Origin: an uncultured Chloroflexia bacterium
Lineage (GTDB): Bacteria; Chloroflexota; Limnocylindria; Limnocylindrales; CSP1-4
NCBI GenBank assembly: GCA_963835945.1
Contig: CAWIHR010000011.1
Location: 2,447 to 66,446, forward strand
Reading direction: 5' to 3'
Length of the DNA: 64,000 bases
The position numbers and the translations under genes are program-made. Below the pieces are notes generated by a model. The model saw nothing but the letters and a program-made list of their open reading frames with translations. It ran no database searches and had not been told where the DNA came from. Below are positions 9,310 through 19,279 of this stretch, piece by piece. Every line of letters starts with the position of its first letter. Within the stretch, counting starts at the first letter, position 1.

Positions 9310-10879
9310 CGTCCTGGTGGTCGGGGCGGGGCCCGCGGGCTTGGCCACGGCCATTCGGGTCCGCCAGCGTCTCGCCGGCGCCGCCCGCGAGCCCTGCGTG
9401 GTCGTCATCGACAAGGCACCGCGGAGCGGCGCCCACAACCTATCCGGCGCGCTGTTCGAGGCGGCCTGCCTCGACGAGCTGCTGCCTGGCTGGAGCGACC
9501 AGCGAAGCGAGTTCCGCGACCACGTCGTCCCGATCGAGCAGGACGACCTGTATTACCTGCGCCCGAAGCGCGCGTTCCATGTGCCCTCGCGCCTCGTGCC
9601 CGGGCCCATGCGCCATATCGGCAACGTGGCGATCTCGGTGTCCCGTCTGGCGGACTTCCTTGCCCGGCGCGCTGAGGGGCTGGGTGTCGAGGTCCACGCC
9701 GGGTTCTCTGCCACCACCCTCCTCGTCGAAGATGGCGCCGTCCGCGGCGTCCGGCTGTCCGAGCTCGGGCTCGCCGCGGACGGCACCCCGAAGGACAACT
9801 ACCAACCGGCGGAGGAGGTGCGAGCGGCCATCACTGTGCTCGCCGATGGGTCGCGCGGCGTGCTCTCGACGCAGCTCGCGGAGCACTTCGGCCGCGGGCC
9901 CAACCCGCAGGTCTACGGCCTTGGCATCAAGGCCGTCGTCGGGCTCCCCCGCGACAACCCGCTTGGCCCCCACCGGGCGGTGCACACGGTGGGCTATCCC
10001 CATCCGTCCGACGTCTTCGGCGGCGGGTTCGTCTACAGCCTGGGCGACACGAGCGCGGCGGTGGGTCTCATCCTCGGACTCGACTGGCGCTACGGGAACC
10101 TCGATCCGCTCGTGGAGTTCGAGGCGTTTCGCGCGCATCCCTTCATCCGCGAGCTCCTGGCCGGGTCGGTGACGCTCGCGACGGGGGCGAAGACGATCGC
10201 CGAAGGCGGCTATTACGCTCTCGGGCCCGTACACGTCCCGGGGGCGCTGGTGGTCGGCGACGCGGCCGGGTTCGTCAACGTGGAGAAGCTCAAGGGGCTG
10301 CACTACGCGGTGCGGTCCGGGATCTGCGCGGGGGACGCCATCGCCGACGCGTTCGCCGCCGACGATCTGGGCGGGTCGGCGCTCGCGCGCTATCCTGCGC
10401 TCCTTGCCGAGCGCGGCATCCTCGGAGACCTGCACCGCGCGCGCAACTTCCGCCAGGGGTTCCGCTGGGACCTCGCGGTCGGGGCGGGGCTCTCGAAAGT
10501 CGGCGGCCGCATCCCTGTCCGCCTCGGGATGGACGAGGATCGGCGCGCCACGCGACCGGGCTCGCGTCTCGCGCGCGAGGGGGCCCACCCTGTGGACGGG
10601 GCGACCTTCGTGAGTCTGTCGGGCACCACCCACCGGGAGGACGAGCCCTCGCACGTGCTGCTCGTCGATCCCGCGCGCTGCGCCGCCTGCGGAGCCGACC
10701 ACGACCACGCCTGTACGCACTTCTGCCCGGCCGACGTGTATCGCTGGAGCGATGACCGACTCGTGGTGAGCGCGTCTAACTGCCTGCACTGCATGAGCTG
10801 CTCGGTCAAGTGTCCGCAGTCGAACATCCTCTGGCACCCGCCCGAGGGTGGAGAGGGGCCGCGCTACAAGCTCATGTGA
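9296..10879 (+). CDS. Electron-transfer-flavoprotein:quinone oxidoreductase (ETF-QO, FixC/FixX-like fusion)
   Basis: MRPIDVLVVGAGPAGLATA provides the FAD fold. The C-terminal 4Fe-4S region is CAACGADHDHACTHFCPADVYRW...CLHCMSCSVKCPQSNILW. ATG 9296 overlaps the etfA stop. Confidence 0.85.
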   Translation: MRPIDVLVVGAGPAGLATAIRVRQRLAGAAREPCVVVIDKAPRSGAHNLSGALFEAACLDELLPGWSDQRSEFRDHVVPIEQDDLYYLRPKRAFHVPSRLVPGPMRHIGNVAISVSRLADFLARRAEGLGVEVHAGFSATTLLVEDGAVRGVRLSELGLAADGTPKDNYQPAEEVRAAITVLADGSRGVLSTQLAEHFGRGPNPQVYGLGIKAVVGLPRDNPLGPHRAVHTVGYPHPSDVFGGGFVYSLGDTSAAVGLILGLDWRYGNLDPLVEFEAFRAHPFIRELLAGSVTLATGAKTIAEGGYYALGPVHVPGALVVGDAAGFVNVEKLKGLHYAVRSGICAGDAIADAFAADDLGGSALARYPALLAERGILGDLHRARNFRQGFRWDLAVGAGLSKVGGRIPVRLGMDEDRRATRPGSRLAREGAHPVDGATFVSLSGTTHREDEPSHVLLVDPARCAACGADHDHACTHFCPADVYRWSDDRLVVSASNCLHCMSCSVKCPQSNILWHPPEGGEGPRYKLM

Positions 10880-10976
10880 CGACATCTTGCGAGCCGAGCC
10901 GGCCTCCTACTGTGCCCGAATTGCTTCGGGCCATCCGGCTCGTGGCACCGCTCAGGGATGCGGCGACTATCGGGGC

Positions 10977-11501
10977 ATGAAGGTGCTGCTCATCCTGAAC
11001 GACGGACCGTACGGCACGGAGCGCTCGTACAATGCCCTCCGCCTCGCGCTCGCCCTGGCCAAGACCGAGGGGACCGATGTGCGCGTGTTCCTGATAGCCG
11101 ATGCGGTCGCCTGCGCGAAGCCTGGACAGGCGACGCCCGAGGGCGCTTACAACATCGGACGCATGGTGAGGGGCTTGACGACCCGCGGCATCCCGGTCGG
11201 GGCGTGTGGTTCGTGTATGGACGCGCGCGGCTACGCCGACGCCGATCTCGCGGAGGGCGTCACGCGTTCCTCGATGCCGCACGGCTCCGTGATGCCGGCA
11301 TCGACGACTCCGCCCTCGCCCGGATCCACGCCCCCATCGGGCTCGATCTGGGCGGGCATACACCGCCCGAGATTGCGCTCGGCATCCTGGCCGAGATCGT
11401 GGCACAGGGCCACTCCGGGGCCCGGCCGAACGCGAGCGCTCGCCTGTCTGCGGAGGTGCCCGGCACCTCGGGCTGACGGGTGCGGCGGCCCGCCTCGCTG
11501 A
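10977..11501 (+). CDS. DsrE/DsrF-like sulfur-relay family protein, native C-terminus replaced (chimeric ORF)
   Basis: MKVLLILNDGPYGTERSYNALRLALALAK...VFLIADAV...CGSCMDARG...EGVTRSSM matches the DsrE-like family up to about 11280. After that the ORF turns Pro/Ser/Arg-rich while another frame reads as an XdhC tail. Confidence 0.65.
   Translation: MKVLLILNDGPYGTERSYNALRLALALAKTEGTDVRVFLIADAVACAKPGQATPEGAYNIGRMVRGLTTRGIPVGACGSCMDARGYADADLAEGVTRSSMPHGSVMPASTTPPSPGSTPPSGSIWAGIHRPRLRSASWPRSWHRATPGPGRTRALACLRRCPAPRADGCGGPPR
11263..11476 (+). pseudogene. XdhC/CoxI-family accessory protein, 3'-terminal fragment only
   Basis: The frame of ORF 10958-11476 reads RHAFLDAARLRDAGIDDSALARIHAPIGLDLGGHTPPEIALGILAEIVAQGHSG, the conserved C-terminal end of XdhC-type proteins. 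Nothing XdhC-like lies upstream. Confidence 0.55.
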
Positions 11502-11861
11502 CTGATCCCGGGACGAGCCCCAGCATCGGGTTCCGTCGACGCTGGGTCCTCTTGGTAAGGCGGCTTCGGGTTCTGGATCGCACTGCTCGCCCTTGCCGTC
11601 GTGGCCGGCCTGATCGGGCCAGGGGTCGGACTGCTCTTGGCCCTCGTCGTGTTCGTGCCATGCGTGACCTACGGGGCCGAGCCCCCGCCGTCCGGGCCCG
11701 ACTACATCTACCAAGCCGCTGGCCGGACTGACTCGCGCGCGACGTGGCCGAGGAGGAGGCGGAGTTGGCCGTCGCGATCGGCCCGCACCGAGGAGATCGC
11801 CGGGATTGGGGGATGGCTCTGGGCAGGCTGAGTCCGTTGCCAGGCTCGCGCGCCTCTGCGG

Positions 11862-12782
11862 TCAGACAGGGGTCCGCTCGCCCGTCGGCCCGGGGCTGGC
11901 CGTGGCTGCATCCGCCGTCGCGACATCGTGGCGCTCGCGCAGGCGGTCGAGATCGGCCGTGGTCGGGCCCGGTCCGCGGTGGCGCCAGGCGATCGTCACG
12001 ATGCCGAACGCGACGGCGGCGAGCCCCACCAGGACGGCCGTCGGCACGCCGAAGAAGGTCCAGTCGTAGCCGATGCGGAAGGTCTCGAGGATGGATCGGA
12101 CGGCCCCGTACCAGACGAACCAGAAGGAGAACAGATCGCCGTCGCGGAGCCGCCCCGCCAGGCGCCGCGACAGCCACAAGGCGATGGCGAGGCCGACCAG
12201 GCTCAACGCCGACTCGTAGAAGAAGAGCGGCACGAAGCCCGTGCTGGGCGGGTATATGGAGCAGGGGTACTCGGCCACGCGGTGCGAGCAGTCGATGGCG
12301 ATGCCCCAGGGCAGGTTCGTGGGCGGCCCGTAGAGCTCCTGGTTGAAGAAGTTGCCCCAGCGGGCGATGGCCTGCCCGAGGAACACCGAGGGCACCGCGA
12401 TGTCCGCCCAGCGCAGGAACGAGAGGTGGTGGCGTCGCGTGTAGATGAGGACGCCCACGATGCCGCCGGCGATGCCCCCGTAGATCCCGAGCCCGGTGTA
12501 GGGCGGCAGGATCGCCTTGATCGGGTCAGCGGCGTAGAGCGTGTTCCACTGGTCGATGAGGTGGTACAGGCGCGCCCCAATCAGGCCCAGCACGAAGACG
12601 AGGATCATGCCGTTGCCGATGTGGTCCGGGTTCTCGCGTCGGAGCCGGGCCTGCCGGTAGGCCAGCCAGATGCCCGCGACGAGCGCGACCGCATAGCCGA
12701 TCCCGTACCAGTCGATCGACACCGGTCCGAGCTGGAGCACGCGGGCCGACGGCAGGACGTCGATGAGGCCGAGCGGGATCAT
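11862..12782 (-). CDS. lgt: Prolipoprotein diacylglyceryl transferase
   Basis: 306-aa intact ORF with YGIGYAVALVAGIWL, GARLYHLI, GGIAGGIVG, GQAIARWGNFFNQELYG and FFYESAL. Confidence 0.9.
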   Translation of the reverse strand: MIPLGLIDVLPSARVLQLGPVSIDWYGIGYAVALVAGIWLAYRQARLRRENPDHIGNGMILVFVLGLIGARLYHLIDQWNTLYAADPIKAILPPYTGLGIYGGIAGGIVGVLIYTRRHHLSFLRWADIAVPSVFLGQAIARWGNFFNQELYGPPTNLPWGIAIDCSHRVAEYPCSIYPPSTGFVPLFFYESALSLVGLAIALWLSRRLAGRLRDGDLFSFWFVWYGAVRSILETFRIGYDWTFFGVPTAVLVGLAAVAFGIVTIAWRHRGPGPTTADLDRLRERHDVATADAATASPGPTGERTPV

Positions 12783-12944
12783 CGCGGCGAGGATACCGGG
12801 CGCCGGGCGAGGACGGCCGATCGCAATGGGCGAGCGCCGCCGACGGACTCCAAAGACCGCGGCCCACTCTCTGGGATGAGAGCGGAGCCACGCGTTCGCC
12901 GCGAGTGTCGGCGGTTCTGCGGTGGAGGCGGACTCGAGTGTCCT

Positions 12945-13388
12945 TCAGGCGGCGACAGTCGTCCCGCGCCGCGCCTGCCGCACCAGGTGGATGAACGGCC
13001 AGAGCCGGGCTCTCACCTCGATCTGCGCTCGCCGGAAGGCGGCCAACCGCTCCGCGGCGGTGCCCTGCGCCGCGGCCGGGTCGTCGAAGCCCCAGTGGAG
13101 GCTGTTGTGCTCGCCCGGGAACACCGGGCAGTTCTGGCGGGCCCGGTCGCAGACGGTGACGACGTAGTCGAAGGGCTTGTCGAGGTACTCGTACACCGAC
13201 TTGCTACGGGCTCCCGACGAGTCGATCCCGGCCTCGGCAAGGACCTGCACGGTGAGGGGATGGACGGGTCTGGGCGTGGTCCCCGCCGAGAAGGCCACGA
13301 AGTCGCGCCCGCCGTAGCGGCGCAGCAGCGCCTCGGTGATCTGGCTGCGGGAGGCGTTGCCAGTGGAGACGAATCTCGCCTCTCCCAC
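12945..13388 (-). CDS. ArsC / low-molecular-weight phosphatase family protein with Ser in place of the nucleophilic Cys
   Basis: FVSTGNASRSQITEALLR aligns with the C-x5-R P-loop (usually CTGNSCRSQ or CTGNSARSQ). VTVCDRARQNCPVFPG keeps the two downstream Cys of thioredoxin-coupled ArsC. Confidence 0.7.
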   Translation of the reverse strand: MGEARFVSTGNASRSQITEALLRRYGGRDFVAFSAGTTPRPVHPLTVQVLAEAGIDSSGARSKSVYEYLDKPFDYVVTVCDRARQNCPVFPGEHNSLHWGFDDPAAAQGTAAERLAAFRRAQIEVRARLWPFIHLVRQARRGTTVAA

Positions 13389-13415
13389 TCATAGGCTCAA
13401 GGGTGGCGGGCGCCC

Positions 13416-15471
13416 TCAGGTCACGCCTTCTGCGTTCCCCTCCGCCGGCAGCGCGAGGAGCCGGCGGGCGGCGGCCTCCGAGTCGGGCGCGGCAAAGAGG
13501 GAGACCCGGTCGCCAGCCGCGAGGCGCACGTCCCCGCGCGGCACGATGAGGCGATCCGCCCGCTGCACCGCCACGAGCACCACGTCGCGCGGCCAGGGCG
13601 CCTCGGCCACGCTCTTGCCGACCAACTCCGAACCGGCATCGAGATCGGCCTCCAGGAGCACGCCCCCGGCCCCGAAGCCACGCACCTGGCGCACGTTGCC
13701 AGCCAGGGCACTGCGGTAGGCGGCCATCGCGTCGCGCTGGGAGAGCACGCCCACGAGCTGCCCGTCGGCCACCACCGGTGCCCAGGTCAGGCCCTGATCG
13801 GCCAGGACGCCCAGCGCGGCGTCGAGGCCGTCCGTGGCGGTCACGGCGACGGGATGGGCGGCCGCTAGCTCGCCCACGGGCCGCGACGGCGCGGCGGCGG
13901 CCAGCTCGCCGCGGGACACGCTGCCCCGCAGGCCACCCCGCGGGCCGACCACCGGGGCCCCGGGCAGGCCGGCTTCGGCGAGGCGCTCGAGGGCGCTGCC
14001 GGCGGGCTCCGCTGCCCGCAGGGTCAGGCGCGGCGTGCGGGCCGCATCGCCGGCGAGGAGCGAGGCGAGGAGGGGCATGGCGATCGAGAAGCGATGCGCC
14101 GGGGACTCGGCGCGCGTGGCGACCTGGCTGCGGTAGATGGTGCGGTTGCCCACCACGAAGGTCGCGAGCGCCACAGCCACCATGGCCGGCGCGAGCATGC
14201 CGAGGTTGCCGGTCATCTCGGCCACCATCAGCATGACCGCCAGGGGCGCATGCGCCACGCCCCCGAAGAGCGCCATCATGCCCACGATGACGAAGGGCGC
14301 GGGTTGCGCCGGGATGCCGGGCGCGAACGGCTCGAGCAGCCGCCAGATCGATGCCCCCAGCAGCCCGCCGATGACCATCCCGGGTCCGAAGATGCCGCCC
14401 GAGCCGCCCGAGCCGATCGAGAGCGAGGTGGCCAGGATCTTCGCGAAGGGCAGCAGGAGGACGACCAGGAGGGGCAGCGCGAGCAAGGTCGTGCGGTCGA
14501 GGCCGGCCTGCACATAGCCGTAGCCCGTCCCCAGCACGCCCGGGATGGCGAGCCCCAAGAGGCCGACCCCGAAGCCCGCGATGGCCGGGCGCAGCGCCCG
14601 GGGCACCGACCAGCGCTTGAAGCGATCGGTCAGGCCGTAGAAGCTCGTGATGTAGACGACGCCCACGGCGCCCGCGGCGAGCCCGATCAGCCCGTAGTAG
14701 GCGAGCTGCGCCGGGTTCGAGAAGCCGTAGCGGGCCTGGGTGCCGAAGATGGGCGCGAATCCCTCGACCGAGCCGAAGATCGAGTAGGCCACGATGGTGG
14801 CGATGAAGGACGGCACGAGCGCGTCGGACTCCACGTCGTCCCGGTAGAGCAGCTCGGCGCCCAGGACGGCACCGCCCAGGGGCGCGCGGAAGATGGCGCC
14901 GATGCCGGCCGCCATGCCCACCGCCACGGCGATGCGCGCGTCGCGCTGGTCGAGATCGAGCAGACGGGCGAGGTAGGAGCCGAACCCCGCGCTGATCTGC
15001 GCGCTGGGGCCCTCGCGCCCGCCCGAGCCACCCGAGCCGATGGTGATCGCGGAGGCCACGAGCTTGACCAGCGGGACGCGGGCGCGGATGCCGCGCGGGT
15101 TGTGGTGGAAGGCGCCGATCGCGGCGTCGGTGCCGTGGCCCTCCGCCTCCGGGGCGAAGCGGAAGACGAGCAGCCCCGAGATGAGCCCGCCCGCCGCGAC
15201 CACCAGCGGGATGGCCCAGGGGCGCAGGGCGCTCGTGATCGGCGCCGCCCCCTCGCCGGCTGGCGTGGGAGGCGTGTAGCCCGCCAGGGCGCCCAGGAAG
15301 AGATGCGTGGCGACGCCGAGCGCGGTGTAGAAGGTGAGGGCCCCGAGCCCGCCGATGACCCCGATGAGCGCGCCGAGCACGACCCACTTGCGCAGATACC
15401 CCGCGCTCCGCAGGCGGCGTCGGAGGGCCCACAGCCAGGCCGCGGGACGCCGCCGCGAGGGCCGCGGTCAC
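13416..15471 (-). CDS. ClC-family chloride channel / H+-Cl- antiporter with C-terminal CBS pair and TrkA-C-like domain; 5' end frame-broken
   Basis: GSGGSGGREGP, GAIFRAPLGG and GSGGSGGIFGP are ClC selectivity motifs. The tracked ORF starts at 15380, but ALRRRLRSAGYLRKW continues upstream without a start codon. GTG 15471 overlaps the MarR stop in another frame, which implies a break within 15400-15470. Confidence 0.85.
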
Positions 15472-15937
15472 GCGTACCTCGCGAACGCCTCGGCGATCGC
15501 CTCGAGGCCGGCCCGCAGATCCAGCGGCAGGGGCCGGCCGTGGTCGTCAAGAAGCTGGCGGATGAGGTCACGGCGGTCCTGCACGATGCCGGCGCGGAGC
15601 CGCTCGCCGGCGTCGCTCAGACGCACGATCGTGGCCCGTCGATCCTGCTCGTCCGGTTCGCTGACCACCAGGCCGCGGCGCTCCATGCGCCCCAGCAGGC
15701 GGCTGGTCGCCGACCCCGTGGCGCCGATGCGCGTGCGCGATCTCTCCCACCCGCAGGCCGGCCTCATGGCGCCCCAGGACCACCAGCACCCGCCACTGGC
15801 GCGAAGGTCAGCTCGCTGCCCGGCGTGGCGCGCCCGAGCACGACGGTGGTGATCCCGACGGCCCCGTAGACCACGCGCTCCAGGGCGCGGTCGATCTCGT
15901 CCTCGTGCTCAGCACCGACGACTACAGCATGTTCCAT
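15468..15937 (-). pseudogene. MarR-family transcriptional regulator, two frame breaks as assembled
   Basis: ATG 15937 begins MEHAVVVGAEHEDEIDRALERVVYGAVGITTVVLGRATPGSELTFA. WRVLVVLGRHEAGLRVGEIA follows in a second frame. RTRIGATGSATSRLLGRMERRGLVVSEPDEQDRRATIVRLSDAG... follows in ORF 15468-15767. The breaks lie near 15795-15802 and 15731-15741. Confidence 0.8.
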
Positions 15938-16122
15938 AAGGAATATAGTACCGCAAGGTCGCCATCAAGGCGATGCGTCCGGGGATCCGACAACGAGAAG
16001 GTAAGGCCCCGAATCCAGAAGGGCCTGTTCTCGACACGGTCCATTGACGCTCAACGCCAGAACACCGTCACCATGTCGTGTTCGCGACTGACCTGCTCAA
16101 CGGGTCGCGCCAGGTGCGTGTA

Positions 16123-17608
16123 TTAGTCGATGTGCCGCAGGTCCGGCCAGAGCTCCGACCACGGCCGCAACGGGCCAGTGCAGACCCAGATGGGGTCGCC
16201 CTGCTCCTGGGTGGGCAGGGCGTAGCCGTTGTCGATGGTGGCCGCGATCCGACAGCCCTGGAAATGCGCGGCGGCAGCGGCAGGACCGAAGGCGACGAGG
16301 ATGACGGGACTCGCCCCATCCGGCGGTCGGCCCCAGTCATAGGTCGAGTTGTGGCCGGAGTAGACCGCCGGCAGGTGGGTCCCTAGGAGGGTCAGGGCGC
16401 TGTACTGGCCGTAGTCGGCTGTGACGATGACGGCGCTCGTCTGTTGCGCCGGTGGCAGGCCGTCCACCACCTGGCCCACCTGCGCGGCGAGCTGCGGCCA
16501 GCCGACCTGGGCGACCGACTCCCCATAGAGGGCTGGGATGGGCGTGGCATGCAGTGCCGACACCGGCACGATGGGCAGCAGGATGAGCGCGGCGGTCACG
16601 CCCGAGAGCGTCGCGGCCAGGCCGAAGACGAGTGCGGCGCAACCTGCGCCGCCCGCGCGCGAGCCAGCCGCTCAAGGGGATCGAGCCAGCCGCGATGGCC
16701 AGCGACAGGTAGCCCACCGAGTAGTAGCTCTTGCCTCCCACGAGCAGCATCAGGCCGAGCTCCAGGAGCACGGCCACCCCGAGCGGTCGCCAGGGCCGGC
16801 TCGCGGGTGAGCGGAGGAGCCACACGACGCCGGCGATGGCCACCGGGAAGAGGAGCGGACCGGCCAGCGCGAGGAGCTGCACGCGCGCCAGGACCCGACC
16901 GCCCAGGCCACCCTGGTCGGCCGCGATGTGCTGGGCCATCACGATCTGGGTGAAGCCGTGGGTCGCCTGCCAGGCCACGTTGGGGGCCCAGATCGCCGCC
17001 GCCAGCAGCGCTGCCAGCCAGGCCCAGCGCGAGCGGAGCACGTCCCAGCGGCGCAGCAGGAGGAGGCTGCCGCCCACGGTGAGGGGTAGCGCCGCCGCGA
17101 GGGTCTTGTTCTCGAGCGCGATGCCCACCACGAGCCCGAGGCCGAGCCAGCGCCAGCGATCGACCCTCGCGGTCTCGGCATGGGCGAGCAGCGGGATGAG
17201 CAGCCAGAGGGCCAGCGTCCAGAAGAGGACGTCGTAGGTGGACGTCTTATCGAGATGCCCAGCGCCGAGCCAGCCCGAGATGGCCAGCACCAGGGCGGCG
17301 AGGAGCTGCCCCGTGCGCGAGGCGCCCAGGCGGCGGGCCATGTCGGCGGTCACCACGACGGCCGCGGCGGCCGCCAGCGCCGGCACAATGCGCACCGCGA
17401 GCGGCGTGACACCCAGGAGCCCCGCGGCCCCAGCCGAGAGGAGCGGGGTCAGGGGCGGCTGATCGACGTAGCCGAAGGCGGGATGACGGCCGGCCAGGAT
17501 GAAGTAGAGCTCGTCGCGATGGAAGCCGTACGCGCCCGCGACCACGAGCAGCAGGACGGCCATGGCGCCGGCGATGAGCCACACCATCCCTGGCAGTGCG
17601 CGGCTCAT
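16123..17608 (-). pseudogene. GT39/ArnT-like membrane glycosyltransferase, one frame break as assembled
   Basis: MSRALPGMVWLIAGAMAVLLLVVAGAYGFHRDELYFI... plus many TM helices lie in ORF 16337-17731. After ...GWLAR (about 16646-16656) the sequence continues GGAGCAALVFGLAATLSGVTAALILLPIVPV... in ORF 16123-16599. Confidence 0.7.
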
Positions 17609-17885
17609 CCATGCATCGCCCGCTGGGAGTACGGAGCGAGATCGCTCGGAGCTGCGGGATGCCGTCGTGGATGCTCCTGCCGTGGGCTGTCGTCGGCCCG
17701 CGCTGGCCACGAGCTGCGCTGGCGAGCACACCGATTGTACCCACGTCGTGCAGTGCCGCTCCCGAGCGCTGCCACCTAGCGGGCCCCTAGGACCACCTTC
17801 TGGATCAGCCCGGTGTGAGCTATCGCTGAACGTGCAGCGACCGCTTCCTGCGGCGCCCCCTTTTCGGCATGCCGTCGCTAGTGGT

Positions 17886-19106
17886 TCAGCCGCGGAACGT
17901 CTCCTCGAGCCAGTCGTAGATGCGCGCGAAGGCGAGCCGCTGCGCGCCGGTCTGGCAGTGGACGCCGGCGCCCTCGGCTGCCGTGAACTCCAGAAAGGTC
18001 TTGGGGCAGGTGAGGTGCTCGAACAGCTCCTGCGGCTGGCCTGGGAAGAACTCCTCGTGTTCGCTCGCGCAGACGATGGTGGGGCAGCGGATCTGTTCGG
18101 CGATCCCGTCGCGGAGTGTGAGCTCGAGACTGCGCGCCGCGACCGCCCGGGGCGTCGAGAGACCCATCACGTACATGCTTTGCCCGTAGCCCCAGCGCAT
18201 GGCGGGAACCGACGTCATGAGCTCCTCGAACAGCGCATCAAGCGCGGGGTCCGCGGCGGCGCGCAGGCGGCGCTCCGCGTCCCCGCGATCGCCTGAGATC
18301 GCCGGCATGGCCAGCACGCCCTCGCTGCAGTCGTAGACCCCGTCGAGCGCGATGAGCGCGCCGAGCCGCCGCTCGAACGCCGCCGCGCGCGGCGCGAGCA
18401 GCCCGCCGAGGCTGAGCCCGAGGAGTGCCACGTGCTCGCCGTCCACCTCGGGCCGTGCCAGCGCGTAGTCGAGCACGGGACCCACGACGTGCTCCCAGTC
18501 GGCGCGCAGGACGAGGCCCTCGCGGTGGCGCGGCCCGGGCTGCCCGGGGCCGTCGAAGGTGAGCACGGTGAAGCCGCGCTCGTGGGCGGCCTGCGCCCCG
18601 AAGAAGTGGAGCTCCTCGGCGGTGCCGTCCACGCCACTGTGCAGCACGACGGTCGCGCGTGCGCCCCCGCTCGTGTCGGCGGCATACAGGTACCCGGGCA
18701 GCGTGGTGCCCTCGTAGGGGATCTCGACGGGCTCGATGGGCGGAGCGCACAGCCGGGCGGCGGAGCGGAAGCACTCAACGCTGCGGGCGTAGATGCCCTC
18801 ATGGCGCGGATCGGGCGGGGTGCCGTGGAGGAAGAACTCCGCCGTGCGGTAGTAGTTCGAGGCGCGCAGATAGGCATCGCGGGCGCTGACCCGATGGCCG
18901 CCAGCCTCGCTCAGCCCTGCCTCGTGGGCGACCCGCTGGGCGGTGGCGAGCCAGGCCGGGTGCCAGCTCTCGTAGTCGCCCTCCCAAATCTGCGCCGCCG
19001 TCGCGAGGACCTCGCCGATGTCCGCGCCGCCATACGCCACGTGTCCCAGAGAGCGCAGCGTCTCAAACCAGAACTGGCTGTCGCGCGGGAAGAGCAATCG
19101 TTGCAT
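17886..19106 (-). CDS. Alpha/beta-fold hydrolase
   Basis: Nucleophile elbow GLSLGG, with the alpha/beta pattern VVLHSGVDGTAEE...TFDGPGQ. The likely start is MQRLLFPRD at ATG 19106; the tracked ORF extends to 19232. Confidence 0.75.
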   Translation of the reverse strand: MQRLLFPRDSQFWFETLRSLGHVAYGGADIGEVLATAAQIWEGDYESWHPAWLATAQRVAHEAGLSEAGGHRVSARDAYLRASNYYRTAEFFLHGTPPDPRHEGIYARSVECFRSAARLCAPPIEPVEIPYEGTTLPGYLYAADTSGGARATVVLHSGVDGTAEELHFFGAQAAHERGFTVLTFDGPGQPGPRHREGLVLRADWEHVVGPVLDYALARPEVDGEHVALLGLSLGGLLAPRAAAFERRLGALIALDGVYDCSEGVLAMPAISGDRGDAERRLRAAADPALDALFEELMTSVPAMRWGYGQSMYVMGLSTPRAVAARSLELTLRDGIAEQIRCPTIVCASEHEEFFPGQPQELFEHLTCPKTFLEFTAAEGAGVHCQTGAQRLAFARIYDWLEETFRG

Positions 19107-19279
19107 GCAGCTCTCTCCAGATGCAGGGTCGTTGGCGTTGGTTCGCCGATGATATGGGTGGGCCGCACGACGCCATTCGCCCGCGACCATGGCCACCCAA
19201 ATCTCTATCGGCGCTTTGGATTCACTTGACACTGGTGAACACAGCCGTCATCCCCCTCTACTTAGAGCCTCGCGAACCG

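Noticed and set aside
11601-11831. 76-aa ORF with one hydrophobic helix between the XdhC fragment and lgt
   Set aside because: There is no homology and no clear ribosome-binding site, and the second half is Arg-rich. It could be a tiny membrane protein, but the support is insufficient.
13204-15471. 755-aa minus-strand ORF, and similar long ORFs at 1685-3316, 7369-9150, 14094-15869, 43304-44575 and 47468-49219
   Set aside because: These are out-of-frame or antisense overlaps of genes with clear homology (ClC, hydrogenase, etf, MetE-like, GT87). Their sequences are Arg/Gly/Pro-rich junk. Only the first ~15 codons of 13204-15471 may be real, as the original ClC start.
15905-16126. 73-aa ORF in the noticeably less GC-rich spacer between the GT39 and MarR genes
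   Set aside because: Its composition and position fit an intergenic promoter/terminator region (MarR starts at 15937). The peptide has no recognisable features.
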